This document shows, in pieces, positions 35,974 through 45,717 of a stretch of DNA of 64,000 bases. The DNA lies in contig CAWJDT010000004.1 in assembly GCA_963841735.1 (NCBI GenBank), positions 320,001 through 384,000 of the forward strand. Reading direction: 5' to 3'. The stretch is from an uncultured Actinomycetes bacterium (GTDB lineage: Bacteria > Actinomycetota > Thermoleophilia > RBG-16-64-13). A program made the translations under genes and the position numbers. The notes beneath the pieces are model-generated. The model had not been told where the DNA came from, made no database searches, and saw only the letters and a list, made by a program, of their open reading frames with translations. The stretch's first letter is position 1, and each line of letters starts with the position of its first letter.

Positions 35974-36831
35974 TCAGACGGTGATCCTGACGTTGTCGAT
36001 CAACCGCACGTCTCCGAAGCGTACGGCCAGGGCTACGAGCAATCGCCCGGCCAATGTGGCCACCGGCGCCAGGTCGTCCGCCCCAACGATCTCGACGTAG
36101 TCCACTTGCCCCAGCGAAGCCTCGCCCAGGATCGCACGCACGGCGGCGTCCAGGCGCGCGGCGTCGCGTTCTCCCCTACCCACCAAGTCGCGGGCGGCGC
36201 GCAACGCCTTGTACAACACCGGCGCCTGTTCGCGCTGCGCGGCGCTCAGGCGCGTGTTGCGCGAACTCATGGCCAAGCCGTCGGCCTCGCGCACTATGGG
36301 GCAGGACACGATCTCGGTCCGCAGGTTCAGGTCGCTGGCCATGCGGGTGATCACCGCCAACTGCTGCGCGTCTTTCTCTCCAAAATAGGCCCGTTGGGGC
36401 TGGCAGATGTTGAGGAGCTTGGTGACCACCGTGCACACCCCCCGGAAGTGCCCAGGGCGCGAGCGCCCGCAAAGCCCCTCCGTGAGACCCTCCACGTCCA
36501 CCCAGGTGGAGTAGCCCTCAGCGTACATCTCCCTCACAGCCGGACTGAAGATGAGGTCGGCGCCGGCCCCCCCAGCCATTGCGCGGTCGCCCTCGAGATC
36601 GCGCGGGTAAGTCGCCAAGTCCTCGGTCGGCCCGAACTGCGTAGGGTTGACAAAGATCGAGACCACCACCACGTCGTTCTCGGCCCGAGCCTCCCGGATG
36701 AGGGAGAGGTGCCCCTCGTGTAGTGCACCCATGGTCGGCACCATCCCGACTGAGGCCCCACGCCCACGGGCCTCGTCCAGCGCGGCCCTGATACCGCCAA
36801 TGGTGTCGAAGCAGGGGATCCCGGCGCTCAA
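35974..36831 (-). CDS. panC: pantoate--beta-alanine ligase
   Basis: VPTMGALHEGH, SIFVNPTQF, FGEKDAQQ, GLAMSSRN and RLIDN. TTG start overlaps the upstream stop. Confidence 0.96.
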   Translation of the reverse strand: MSAGIPCFDTIGGIRAALDEARGRGASVGMVPTMGALHEGHLSLIREARAENDVVVVSIFVNPTQFGPTEDLATYPRDLEGDRAMAGGAGADLIFSPAVREMYAEGYSTWVDVEGLTEGLCGRSRPGHFRGVCTVVTKLLNICQPQRAYFGEKDAQQLAVITRMASDLNLRTEIVSCPIVREADGLAMSSRNTRLSAAQREQAPVLYKALRAARDLVGRGERDAARLDAAVRAILGEASLGQVDYVEIVGADDLAPVATLAGRLLVALAVRFGDVRLIDNVRITV

Positions 36832-37796
36832 CGGCTCATGTCCCCGACGGCCGGCACTCCAGCCACGCTCGTCGCCAGCCGGACAGCCCGCCTGATACTC
36901 ACCGCCACGGCTTCGGCAGCCGCCGCCCCCACTTGGAACACGTTGGTGGCCCTTTCGCCGGTGGCCAAGACGAACACGCAGTCGCCGTCCACCGGGGTGT
37001 GCACAGGGTCGATCGCCCGCGCCATGCCGTCGTGGCTCATGCGCGCGACCATGCCGCACTGCAGTTTGTCCAGCCGGGCGTCGGTCATGACCACCGACAG
37101 CGTCGTGCTTTCGAGTGCGCTGAAATCAGGCGCGCAGGCCAGGCTCAGCAGCAGGTCCTTGCCCCCCGCGAAGCACCCATCTCTCCGCACACCGGCCAGT
37201 GTGGCCCCCTTCTCGTCTAGAACGTCGCCTAGAGCATTCACGACCGTCAAGGCAGTAACCGTGACCCGCCCTCCGTTAGCATCCTCCGGACCCACGCACA
37301 CTGTCGCAAGACCGATGCCCCCCTTCATCATGCCCGCCGCGCCGCACATCTTGCCTACGGTCGCCCCGAGACCGGCCCCCACCGACCCTTCCTCCACCCG
37401 CACTCCCGCCGAGGCAGCGGCCTGATACGCATCATCCGGCCGGGGGAACGCGGCAGCGCTACCCACACCCAAGTCGTAGATCACAGCGGCAGACACAAGG
37501 GGAATGCGCGCATAGGGAGTCCGATAGCCGTGGCCACCCTCGCGGAGAAAGGTCGACACACCCGCGGCCGCTCCTAGGCCCGGCGCGCTGCCCCCGGTCA
37601 ACATGACCGCGTGCAACTCACCCACCGACGCGTACGGAGAAAGAAGAGCCGTCTCCAGGGTCCCCGGCGCACCGCCGCGAATGTCCACCGACGCGGTGAC
37701 TCCCTGGGGCGCAAGCACCACGGTGCACCCGGTGAGTCCCTCCCAGTCAGAGTAGTGCCCGACCGTGAGGCCCACGATGGTGATGTCGGCCGTCAT
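36828..37796 (-). CDS. P1 / S58 (DmpA-like) peptidase
   Basis: VGH, TGCTVV, RGGAPGT.ET, LTGGSA.GL, EGSVGAG.GAT and HTPVDGD. Confidence 0.9.
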   Translation of the reverse strand: MTADITIVGLTVGHYSDWEGLTGCTVVLAPQGVTASVDIRGGAPGTLETALLSPYASVGELHAVMLTGGSAPGLGAAAGVSTFLREGGHGYRTPYARIPLVSAAVIYDLGVGSAAAFPRPDDAYQAAASAGVRVEEGSVGAGLGATVGKMCGAAGMMKGGIGLATVCVGPEDANGGRVTVTALTVVNALGDVLDEKGATLAGVRRDGCFAGGKDLLLSLACAPDFSALESTTLSVVMTDARLDKLQCGMVARMSHDGMARAIDPVHTPVDGDCVFVLATGERATNVFQVGAAAAEAVAVSIRRAVRLATSVAGVPAVGDMSR

Positions 37797-37814
37797 AGCC
37801 CCCGGCTCCCGTGC

Positions 37815-39065
37815 CTACCGGGAGTTCTTGCGCATCTGATCAAGAAACTCAGAGTTGGATTTCGTCTCTTTGAGCTTGCCGATCAGCAATTCGATGGCAG
37901 CATTCGGATCGAGCGCGTGCAGCACGGCCCTCAGCTTCCACACCATCGCGGCTTCGGCCGGCTCCATCAGAAGCTCTTCTTTTCGAGTGCCCGAGTTCTC
38001 GATGTCGATAGCCGGGAATATGCGCTTGTTGGCCAGTTGCCTGGTGAGCCGCACCTCCCAGTTGCCCGTGCCCTTGAACTCCTCGAAGATGACCTCGTCC
38101 ATCCGCGAACCGGTCTCCACCAGAGCGGTGGCCAGGATGGTCAGCGATCCGCCTTCTTCGATGTTGCGGGCCGCGCCGAAGAACTTCTTGGGAGGATACA
38201 GGGCCGTCGAGTCCACGCCGCCCGACAGGATGCGGCCGCTCGCCGGAGCCTGCAGGTTGTAGGCCCGGGCCATACGAGTGATGGAGTCGAGGAGCACGAC
38301 CACGTCCTTGCCCACCTCGACCAGCCGCTTGACCCGCTCCAGCACCAGCTCGGTCACCTGCACGTGGTTCTCGCCGGGCATGTCGAAGGTCGAGCTGACC
38401 ACCTCGCCGTTCACCGTGCGCTCCATGTCGGTGACCTCTTCGGGCCGCTCGTCCACCAAGAGCACCATCAGGTGCACTTCTGGGTTGTTGGCGGCGATGG
38501 CGTGAGCGATGTCCTTGAGGATGGTGGTCTTGCCCGCCTTGGGCGGCGACACGATCAGACCCCTCTGCCCCTTGCCCAGCGGGCTCATAATGTCCATCAC
38601 CCGGGCGGAGAGGTTATCCGGGGTAGTCTCAAGACGCAGCCGCTCGTCGGGGAACAGGGGCGTCAGCGAATCGAAGGTGGGGCGATGACGGGCCTGCTCG
38701 GGATCCATGTCGTTGACGGTCTGGATCTTCAGGAGCGCGTGGTACTTCTCGTTGTCGCGCGGGGTACGGACCTGACCGTTGATCTCGTCGCCTCTGCGCA
38801 ACTTGAAGCGCCGGATCTGCGACAGCGATACATAGATGTCGGAGTCCGACTGGGTGTAGCCTTGAGTGCGCAGAAAACCGTAGCCGTCGGGCAGGATGTC
38901 CAGCAGTCCCGTCCGCAGATGAAGCCCCCGGTCCTGCGACTGCTCGTTCAGGATCTTCATGATGAGATCCTGCTTGGAGTACTTGCGGAAGTTCTTGATG
39001 CCCAACTCGCCCGCGACGAGGTGCAGGTCGGACAGGAGTTTGGGCTCCAGTTCAGCTATCGCCAT
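37815..39065 (-). CDS. rho: transcription termination factor Rho
   Basis: DGYGFLR, PPKAGKT, LVDERPEEVTDM, LDSITR and EEFKGTGN. Confidence 0.99.
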   Translation of the reverse strand: MAIAELEPKLLSDLHLVAGELGIKNFRKYSKQDLIMKILNEQSQDRGLHLRTGLLDILPDGYGFLRTQGYTQSDSDIYVSLSQIRRFKLRRGDEINGQVRTPRDNEKYHALLKIQTVNDMDPEQARHRPTFDSLTPLFPDERLRLETTPDNLSARVMDIMSPLGKGQRGLIVSPPKAGKTTILKDIAHAIAANNPEVHLMVLLVDERPEEVTDMERTVNGEVVSSTFDMPGENHVQVTELVLERVKRLVEVGKDVVVLLDSITRMARAYNLQAPASGRILSGGVDSTALYPPKKFFGAARNIEEGGSLTILATALVETGSRMDEVIFEEFKGTGNWEVRLTRQLANKRIFPAIDIENSGTRKEELLMEPAEAAMVWKLRAVLHALDPNAAIELLIGKLKETKSNSEFLDQMRKNSR

Positions 39066-39153
39066 GATCTTCCTCTTCGAACAGTTGTCATGCCCCTACC
39101 TCTTCTTCCCTGATTGCCAGTGTCGGTTGAATAACGGCCCATCGGCATTCTGG

Positions 39154-40185
39154 TCATCTAACCCCCAGACCCACCTGTGGACCCTCGTTGTCAGACCTGT
39201 GTATCGTCATGATCTTGCGTACCGCGTGACAGGCCGAGCACGCAATGAGAGTCTCGGTGCGAGTACCATCGGGGTCAAAAGCGACCGCCTTGAGGAACCT
39301 GCCGGCGGTTACCGCAGTAGCCACCATGATAACCCCTTCTCCCACAAGATCGCGAGTGGTAAGTCTCGCCTCGATGTCTTCGATCCCGGCCGCCCTCGCC
39401 AATTCGACCTGGTGCCGCGAAACCGGCCAGAACCGCGCCTGTATCTCTCCACCCAAGCAACGCAGAGCAGCCGCCGTCGTGATGCCCTCAGTCGATCCCC
39501 CGATGCCTATGTACATGTCCACACCCGCGTCGCCCGTGGCCGCGGCCAAGCTGGCAGACACATCCCCGTCGAGTATGAGCCTCACCCGCGCCCCCGCCAG
39601 CCGGATCTGCTCCACCAATTCCTCGTGACGAGGCCGGTCGAGCACTACCACCACGATGTCCGCCGGCTTCCGGCCCAGAGCAGCCGCCAGCGCCTTGACG
39701 TTCTTCTCCACCGGCGCGTCCAGGTCCACCGCATAGGCCGCCTCGCGGGGAACGACGAGCTTCTGCATGTACATTTCCGGTACCGGCATCAGGCTACCCG
39801 CCGGCCCCACCGCCAGCGTTGTCATAGCCCCGTCGACACCGCGCGCTAGGGAGCTGGGAGCCTGCAATGGGTCGAGTGCCAGATCCCAGGGCTCCGGGTC
39901 GGCCGTCAAGCCTTCAGAACCCGAACGGCTCGAGAACCACGGCCCCTTAGGATCGCCCACTTCTTCGCCAACGCTCAGAGCGTGCGGACCCGAGCCCCCC
40001 CTACGCCCGGCGACCACGCGGCCACGAATGAGCAACCTGCTCAGCTCTGCTGCCATCGCCTCCCGCGCCGCCGTATCAGCGGCAAGTCCGTCGCCCCTGC
40101 CCAGCCACTGCGCGGCCGCGAGAGCGGCACCCTCAGTGACTACAGTGAATCGTTGGCAGATGCATCGCCCCTCACTCGTGGCCAC
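39154..40185 (-). CDS. glpX: class II fructose-1,6-bisphosphatase homologue with degenerate active site
   Basis: VTE.AALAA, GEEVG, YMQKL, LDRPRH, DGDV and GIGG..EG identify the family; the GEGE and DPLEGT motifs are altered. Confidence 0.85.
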   Translation of the reverse strand: MATSEGRCICQRFTVVTEGAALAAAQWLGRGDGLAADTAAREAMAAELSRLLIRGRVVAGRRGGSGPHALSVGEEVGDPKGPWFSSRSGSEGLTADPEPWDLALDPLQAPSSLARGVDGAMTTLAVGPAGSLMPVPEMYMQKLVVPREAAYAVDLDAPVEKNVKALAAALGRKPADIVVVVLDRPRHEELVEQIRLAGARVRLILDGDVSASLAAATGDAGVDMYIGIGGSTEGITTAAALRCLGGEIQARFWPVSRHQVELARAAGIEDIEARLTTRDLVGEGVIMVATAVTAGRFLKAVAFDPDGTRTETLIACSACHAVRKIMTIHRSDNEGPQVGLGVR

Positions 40186-41119
40186 CGGTCACCTCCTCGC
40201 CGCGCTCGATGACGTCGTACAGAGCGTCGACCACCAGGCCCACCGTGTCGTCTATGCTCACATTGTCTACAACCAGCGTGCCCTCTGCCGCGGCCCGCCC
40301 AAGGATGAAATCCTGCACCTTGCGTATCTCCTCGAACTGCTCCAGATATCTGGCTATCGCCCTGCGGCCCGACGTCTGCTGCTCCCTGACCAGGAAGTGG
40401 CTGCGATGAAGTTTTGCGTCTCGCACCGCGACTACCATGGACAACAACTGGATCTCCCCCATACGCTCCCTGGCCCCCGTAACCGCCAGCATCCCGGGGA
40501 CCAGGTGCACCCCTTCCACCACTATGCTGGTGCGCTCCTCTATGGCCCTGTCGAGCACGGCGAGCAAACCCACATTTACCATGTCCACCTGCTGCATGAA
40601 GCCCACCAGATCCGGGTCCAGGTCGGCCCCCAAAGGGATCCGCACTCCCTTCCCCGCCTCATACGACGAGTAGTGGATCGCCGGCAGCAGGCTCTCCGAG
40701 AAGAAGGCCCTCATGACCTGTCGTATGGCGTCGGTCGAGATGATACGCACGATACCCAACCGGTCGGCCACTTTGGCGGCGATGGTGCTCTTGCCCACCC
40801 CGGTCGCTCCCCCGATCAGTACCACCACCGGATTGTCCTCCCCGGCCATCCGGTTCCACAGCTGGTAGCGACGCAAATAGCGCTCGCCCTCCACTTCGGC
40901 GAGCACGACCTCCACCATCGAACGCAGATCGTCGAGATGCACCTCCCGGTCGGCCCTCTGGAGCAACTCGCGCTCGACGTCCATGGCGACAGCGAATGCC
41001 CGTTCTGGAGCCAATCCCGTCGCGGTGAGGGTGGTCGCCAGAAGCCCCTTCGAGAAGGGGACCTTGTGCCCTTCGCTGACCAGTTGCACGGGAAAGCCTT
41101 CCGACGGTGCGGTCTGCAT
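40172..41119 (-). CDS. 2-phosphoglycerate kinase (ATP-cone + P-loop, archaeal type)
   Basis: N-terminal PFSKGLLA..L...G ATP cone, GGATGVGKST, STDAIRQVMR, HYSSYEA and VEGVHLVPG. Alternative start at GTG 41182. Confidence 0.88.
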   Translation of the reverse strand: MQTAPSEGFPVQLVSEGHKVPFSKGLLATTLTATGLAPERAFAVAMDVERELLQRADREVHLDDLRSMVEVVLAEVEGERYLRRYQLWNRMAGEDNPVVVLIGGATGVGKSTIAAKVADRLGIVRIISTDAIRQVMRAFFSESLLPAIHYSSYEAGKGVRIPLGADLDPDLVGFMQQVDMVNVGLLAVLDRAIEERTSIVVEGVHLVPGMLAVTGARERMGEIQLLSMVVAVRDAKLHRSHFLVREQQTSGRRAIARYLEQFEEIRKVQDFILGRAAAEGTLVVDNVSIDDTVGLVVDALYDVIERGEEVTGGHE

Positions 41120-41156
41120 GCGCCGCTCCCCTGCCTTCTCTGAGCCGCTCACCGAT

Positions 41157-42545
41157 TCATGCCTGGCTTTCGAACCGCTCACTCGCCATCGCCGCCAACT
41201 CCTTCGTCAACTCCGCCAGTCGACCCCGGCGAGCTGGATACACCTCGACGGGAACGTTGTCCACCGCAACAATCGGAAGGCCTCGCGCCTCCGCCTCTTC
41301 GGCCACTACGTCGATAGCCGCCGCCTTTATCTCGCTCAACACTATCTCCACATTGCTCATCCGCTCCCCTGCCAAATCGGCCTTCAGGGCCATCCGATCG
41401 GCGAGGTTGGTGGATACCAGTTCCACCTTGCAGCCCCACTCCTCTTCCAAGTGCCCCCGCAGCACGCCCTTCTGCGCCTCCGGCGCAGTGGTGAACAAGG
41501 CGACCCGCCGGCCCTCCACGGCTGAGACCGGGTGGGGCCTCAGGACCACCGGCACTATCTCCATGCCGGGCCTGACCTCACTCACCGCGTCCATAACGGC
41601 CTTGACCTTCTCCCTCGTGGCCGCAGGCTCCTCCGCCATCGTCAGCGCCACCGCGTCGCTGATAAGAAGCCTATACCTCCCCAGATAGCCCGTCAGGTGC
41701 TCAAGGGGCTGACCCGCCCCTGCCACCAGAACGCACACATCACTCGCGGCCGGAGGGATAGCGGCCCCGCTTCCCTCAAGCAAGATCAGACCAGGACGCA
41801 GGCTGTTCGCCAATTCGATCCCATCCGCCACATTGGAGACGAAGGGACTACCCGCCATGCCTCCCCCGCACCGCCGGCAACCGATCGTCTTCACCCGGCT
41901 GAGAACCGCATCCTCAAAGTGATCGGAAGCCGCATGGCGCCCCTGTCTGCTCCACTTGAGCAGATCGGCAATCGTCAGCAGACCGCTTCCTCCATCGATG
42001 ACCTCCGGGACGGCCGGACCGCCACGACCCATGGCCACAATCACAACGCCGGGACTCCCGCCCCGTCCGATCACGACTTCTTGAAGGACCCGCGCCATGT
42101 AACCGCTTATCGCCGTCTTGCCCACTCGCTTGCCGGTACCTATGACCGAAAACGATGGACTTGTGCAAAGGCGCTTACAACTCGCGGGGCTGAAGTGAAA
42201 ATCGGAACCTGAGTAGCCTACGTTTCGCGCGAGGGTCTCGCTGATAAGGCGGAAACGCTGCTCGTATCCTAACACCGGTTCATCACTCAGGTCAACGACC
42301 ACCTCCGGCCGGTACTCCTCGAGCAGACGAGCAAGGCCTCGCGTCCAGTCCTCGTCGAACACAACCGGTAGACCGTAGAGCGCCCCGGCTTCGCTCTCGA
42401 GTCGCTCGCTCCTTATCTTCTCGGTGCCTCCGAGAAATAGAGCAGCGCGAAAATCAAACCGCTCTGCGGCCTGGCGCAGAGCATCCGCCACCACCTCCGG
42501 GTAGTGCTCACCATCGATCAGAGCTACCGCCGCCGGCCTAATCAC
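41157..42545 (-). CDS. cpgS: cyclic 2,3-diphosphoglycerate synthetase
   Basis: LIDGEHYP, FLGGTEK, DLSDEPVL, GTGKRVGKTA, MGRGGP, HAASDHFED, GCRRCGGG.AG and LEGSGA, recognised as cDPGS family motifs. Adjacent to 2-PGK. Confidence 0.9.
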   Translation of the reverse strand: MIRPAAVALIDGEHYPEVVADALRQAAERFDFRAALFLGGTEKIRSERLESEAGALYGLPVVFDEDWTRGLARLLEEYRPEVVVDLSDEPVLGYEQRFRLISETLARNVGYSGSDFHFSPASCKRLCTSPSFSVIGTGKRVGKTAISGYMARVLQEVVIGRGGSPGVVIVAMGRGGPAVPEVIDGGSGLLTIADLLKWSRQGRHAASDHFEDAVLSRVKTIGCRRCGGGMAGSPFVSNVADGIELANSLRPGLILLEGSGAAIPPAASDVCVLVAGAGQPLEHLTGYLGRYRLLISDAVALTMAEEPAATREKVKAVMDAVSEVRPGMEIVPVVLRPHPVSAVEGRRVALFTTAPEAQKGVLRGHLEEEWGCKVELVSTNLADRMALKADLAGERMSNVEIVLSEIKAAAIDVVAEEAEARGLPIVAVDNVPVEVYPARRGRLAELTKELAAMASERFESQA

Positions 42546-43291
42546 ATCGCGTCGAACTCCACGATGTCCTCGCCCCCGTGGAACGGATAGCGCCTGGAGA
42601 TCTTCGCATGGTCACCCTGTATCTCGATCACGTTGTAGCAGGGTTTCGTGTCGCCCCGCAGGCGTAGCGTCGCCACGGTGCCCGCATTCACAATGTACAT
42701 GTTCTCTAACCGCCAGGCATAGGGCACGTGCTTGTGCCCTGAGAGCACCAGGTGCACCCCGCACTCCACCAGGACCTCCAGAACATCGCCGGCGTCGTTC
42801 ACGATGTTGCGTTCGCGCCCAGTACCGGGGATGGGCAGCAGATGGTGGTGCAGCAGGAAGATCTTGAAAGCATCCGGATCCTGCGTGAACGCCTCTTTGA
42901 TCATGGGATAGCGGTGCCTGCCTATGCGCCCATTGTCCAGGTCGGGCTCGGTGGAGTCCACCCCAACTAGTGTGACTCCGTTCTTACGAATCACCATCTC
43001 CCTTGTAGCGAAGAGCCTCTCAAAGTGCGCGTAGCCGACGTTCCGGCTGTCGTGATTACCGGGCACCACGAGTACATCGGGACAGGTCAACCGGTCTAGG
43101 TATTCCCTGGCTTCGCGGAATTCCTGGCGATAACCCATGGTGGTGAGGTCGCCCGTCACCACCACCACATCGGGAGCGAGGTCGTTCACCTCCACCAGGG
43201 CGCGGTCGAGCAGATTGGGCACGAAGTACTGCGACCCCGTGTGAAGGTCAGAGAGGTGCGCTATCACGCACGAACGACTTGCTCTGTCCAT
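42542..43291 (-). CDS. calcineurin-like metallophosphoesterase (CpdA/Icc-like)
   Basis: SDLH, TGDLT, PGNHD, HHH and SGHKH: all five MPE motifs. GTGA overlap with cpgS. Confidence 0.92.
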   Translation of the reverse strand: MDRASRSCVIAHLSDLHTGSQYFVPNLLDRALVEVNDLAPDVVVVTGDLTTMGYRQEFREAREYLDRLTCPDVLVVPGNHDSRNVGYAHFERLFATREMVIRKNGVTLVGVDSTEPDLDNGRIGRHRYPMIKEAFTQDPDAFKIFLLHHHLLPIPGTGRERNIVNDAGDVLEVLVECGVHLVLSGHKHVPYAWRLENMYIVNAGTVATLRLRGDTKPCYNVIEIQGDHAKISRRYPFHGGEDIVEFDAM

Positions 43292-43365
43292 ATAGGCTTC
43301 CTCCGCCCGCCGGTCAGACTGGGGCTCGAGCCGACTTGGTGGAAAGGACTGCTACGATGCGCCCT

Positions 43366-44430
43366 CTACGTGGTGGCTATGAGATCCTCCACGGCCGCCA
43401 AGTCCGCGCGACAACGCTTGATGGGAGGAGACTGCTCTATGGCTGTCTGCGGATCTTTGAGTCCATGACCGGTGATTACCGCCACCAGCGTGTCTCCAAA
43501 CGGGAGTCCGGCATCCCGGTACTTCAATACCCCGGCGATACCGGCCGCGGAAGCAGGCTCGCAGAAGACGCCCTCTTTCTGAGCCAACAACCGCTGAGCT
43601 GCCAGAATCTCGTCGTCAGTAACATCACGGATGACGCCCCCCGAGTCGCGCGCCGCCGCCAAGGCTTCTTCACCCCGAGCGGGCTTACCTATGCGGATGG
43701 CCGTAGCCACTGTCTCTGGGAACTCCACGGTCTCGCCCCGCACCAGTGGGTTGGCGCCCTCAGCTTGAAAGCCCCACACCACTGGCAGCCGCGAAGACTT
43801 GCCCAACTCATGGTATTCGCGAAAACCCTTCCAGTAGGAGGTGATGTTGCCGGCGTTACCCACTGGGATAGTCAGCATGGCCGGCGCGTCGCCCAAGACG
43901 TCCACGATTTCAAACGCTCCCGTCTTCTGTCCCTCGATGCGATACGGGTTGAGTGAATTCACCAGCGTGATGGGCTGCCGTTCCGCGATCTCCTTGACGT
44001 AGTCAAGCGCCAGATCGAAGTTGCCTTCGATCGCGATGGCCACCGCCCCGTGCAGTAGCGCTTGCGACAGCTTACCCATGGCGATCTTGCCCTCGGGGAT
44101 AAGTACCACGCAACGCAGACCCGCGCGCGCCGCGTAGGCCGCAGCCGACGCGGAGGTGTTGCCTGTGGAAGCGCAGATGACCGCCGTGGCGCCATCTTCC
44201 ACCGCTTTGGTGATTGCCATGGTCATCCCCCGGTCTTTGAACGAACCGGTGGGATTCAGCCCCTCATACTTCAAGAACACTCGGCAACCCAACTCGGCGC
44301 TTAGCCACTCCGCGGGGATGAGCGGAGTGTCGCCCTCACCCAGCGTCACCGCGACCGTCTCCGCTTTCAGCGGCAGGTAGGGCCGATAGCGCTCGATCAA
44401 CCCAAAGGGCTTGCGCTCTTGGTCGGCCAC
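43366..44430 (-). CDS. thrC: threonine synthase
   Basis: [35 protein letters not shown] and TGHGLKDP. Confidence 0.97.
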   Translation of the reverse strand: MADQERKPFGLIERYRPYLPLKAETVAVTLGEGDTPLIPAEWLSAELGCRVFLKYEGLNPTGSFKDRGMTMAITKAVEDGATAVICASTGNTSASAAAYAARAGLRCVVLIPEGKIAMGKLSQALLHGAVAIAIEGNFDLALDYVKEIAERQPITLVNSLNPYRIEGQKTGAFEIVDVLGDAPAMLTIPVGNAGNITSYWKGFREYHELGKSSRLPVVWGFQAEGANPLVRGETVEFPETVATAIRIGKPARGEEALAAARDSGGVIRDVTDDEILAAQRLLAQKEGVFCEPASAAGIAGVLKYRDAGLPFGDTLVAVITGHGLKDPQTAIEQSPPIKRCRADLAAVEDLIATT

Positions 44431-44431
44431 C

Positions 44432-45709
44432 TTATAGCACCCTCAGCGTCAGGGGCTCGTTCCGGCAGCACATCAGGTTCTTCATCTGCTCGATAGCATC
44501 GAAGAAGTTCCGTTCTTTGGTGGGGTGGGTGATCAGCACCAGTTCGGCCTCGTCTCCTCTACCCTTCTGGATCATACTGGCGATCGACACGCCTAGACCA
44601 CCGAACACAGCCGCGATCTGGGCAAGAACGCCCGCGCGGTCGATGACGTTCATCTTGATGAAGAAGGCCGACTCCACCTGTTCCGAGGGAAACAGCTCTA
44701 GGCTGCGATAGCAGGAGCAGCTCTGCAGAAAGCCGACGTCCTTGGTGTTGGCGATCGACACTATGTCACTCACCACAGCGGTGGCAGTCGGCGCGCCGCC
44801 GGCGCCCGGGCCCATGAGCATGATCTCGCCTATGGCACTCCCCCGCAGGAAGACGGCGTTGTTAGAGCCGCTGATAGCAGCCAGTGGGTGGTCTTTAGGC
44901 AGTAGAGCCGGGAACACCCGCACGCTCACCTTGCCGTCGATGAGCCGCGCCGCGCCTATCAGTTTGACCACGAAACCGAAATCCTTGGCGTAACGCACAT
45001 CGTCCAAGGTGATGTCCTGGATGCCCGAGAAGGCGACATTACCCAACGTCACTCGCGAGTGGAAGGCGATAGAGGCGAGAATAGCCATTTTGGCGGCAGC
45101 GTCCGCCCCTCCCACGTCGGCGGTGGGGTCTGCCTCTGCGTAGCCCAGCTCCTGGGCTTTGGCCAGGATCTCGGGGTAGTCGCCCTCTTCGTTGTACATC
45201 CGAGTGAGGATGTAGTTGGTGGTGCCGTTGACAATGCCGTACACCGTGTGGAGCTCGGCGGCGATCATGCTCTCGCGCATCACCTTGATTATGGGGATAG
45301 CTCCGGCCACCGACGCCTCGAAGCGCAGATGCCGTCGCTGATCACGCGCCAGAGTGAACAGCGCCTCTCCTTTGGAGGCAAGCAGCTGCTTGTTGGCGGT
45401 GACCACGTTCTTGCCCTTGCGCATGGCCGCGTCGATGAAGGTGAAGGCGGCACCGGTGCCACCGATGACCTCCACGATGATCTCGATGGTCGGATCGTCC
45501 ACGATCTCCGCGAAATCATCCGTGAAGAGCCCGGCCGGTGCATCGGACGGCATTTTCCTAGCGTCGATCTCCAGGACCTTGGCCACCTGCAGATCGACCC
45601 CCGTGCCCTCCAGGATGCTGTCGTGCTCTTTCTGGATGAGCTGGTAGACGCTCGCCCCGATAGTGCCGAATCCCAAGAGTCCTATGCGTACGATCCTATC
45701 CCTATCCAT
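44432..45709 (-). CDS. hom: homoserine dehydrogenase with C-terminal ACT domain
   Basis: [39 protein letters not shown] and GPGAG. Confidence 0.97.
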   Translation of the reverse strand: MDRDRIVRIGLLGFGTIGASVYQLIQKEHDSILEGTGVDLQVAKVLEIDARKMPSDAPAGLFTDDFAEIVDDPTIEIIVEVIGGTGAAFTFIDAAMRKGKNVVTANKQLLASKGEALFTLARDQRRHLRFEASVAGAIPIIKVMRESMIAAELHTVYGIVNGTTNYILTRMYNEEGDYPEILAKAQELGYAEADPTADVGGADAAAKMAILASIAFHSRVTLGNVAFSGIQDITLDDVRYAKDFGFVVKLIGAARLIDGKVSVRVFPALLPKDHPLAAISGSNNAVFLRGSAIGEIMLMGPGAGGAPTATAVVSDIVSIANTKDVGFLQSCSCYRSLELFPSEQVESAFFIKMNVIDRAGVLAQIAAVFGGLGVSIASMIQKGRGDEAELVLITHPTKERNFFDAIEQMKNLMCCRNEPLTLRVL

Positions 45710-45717
45710 GCCTTCCC

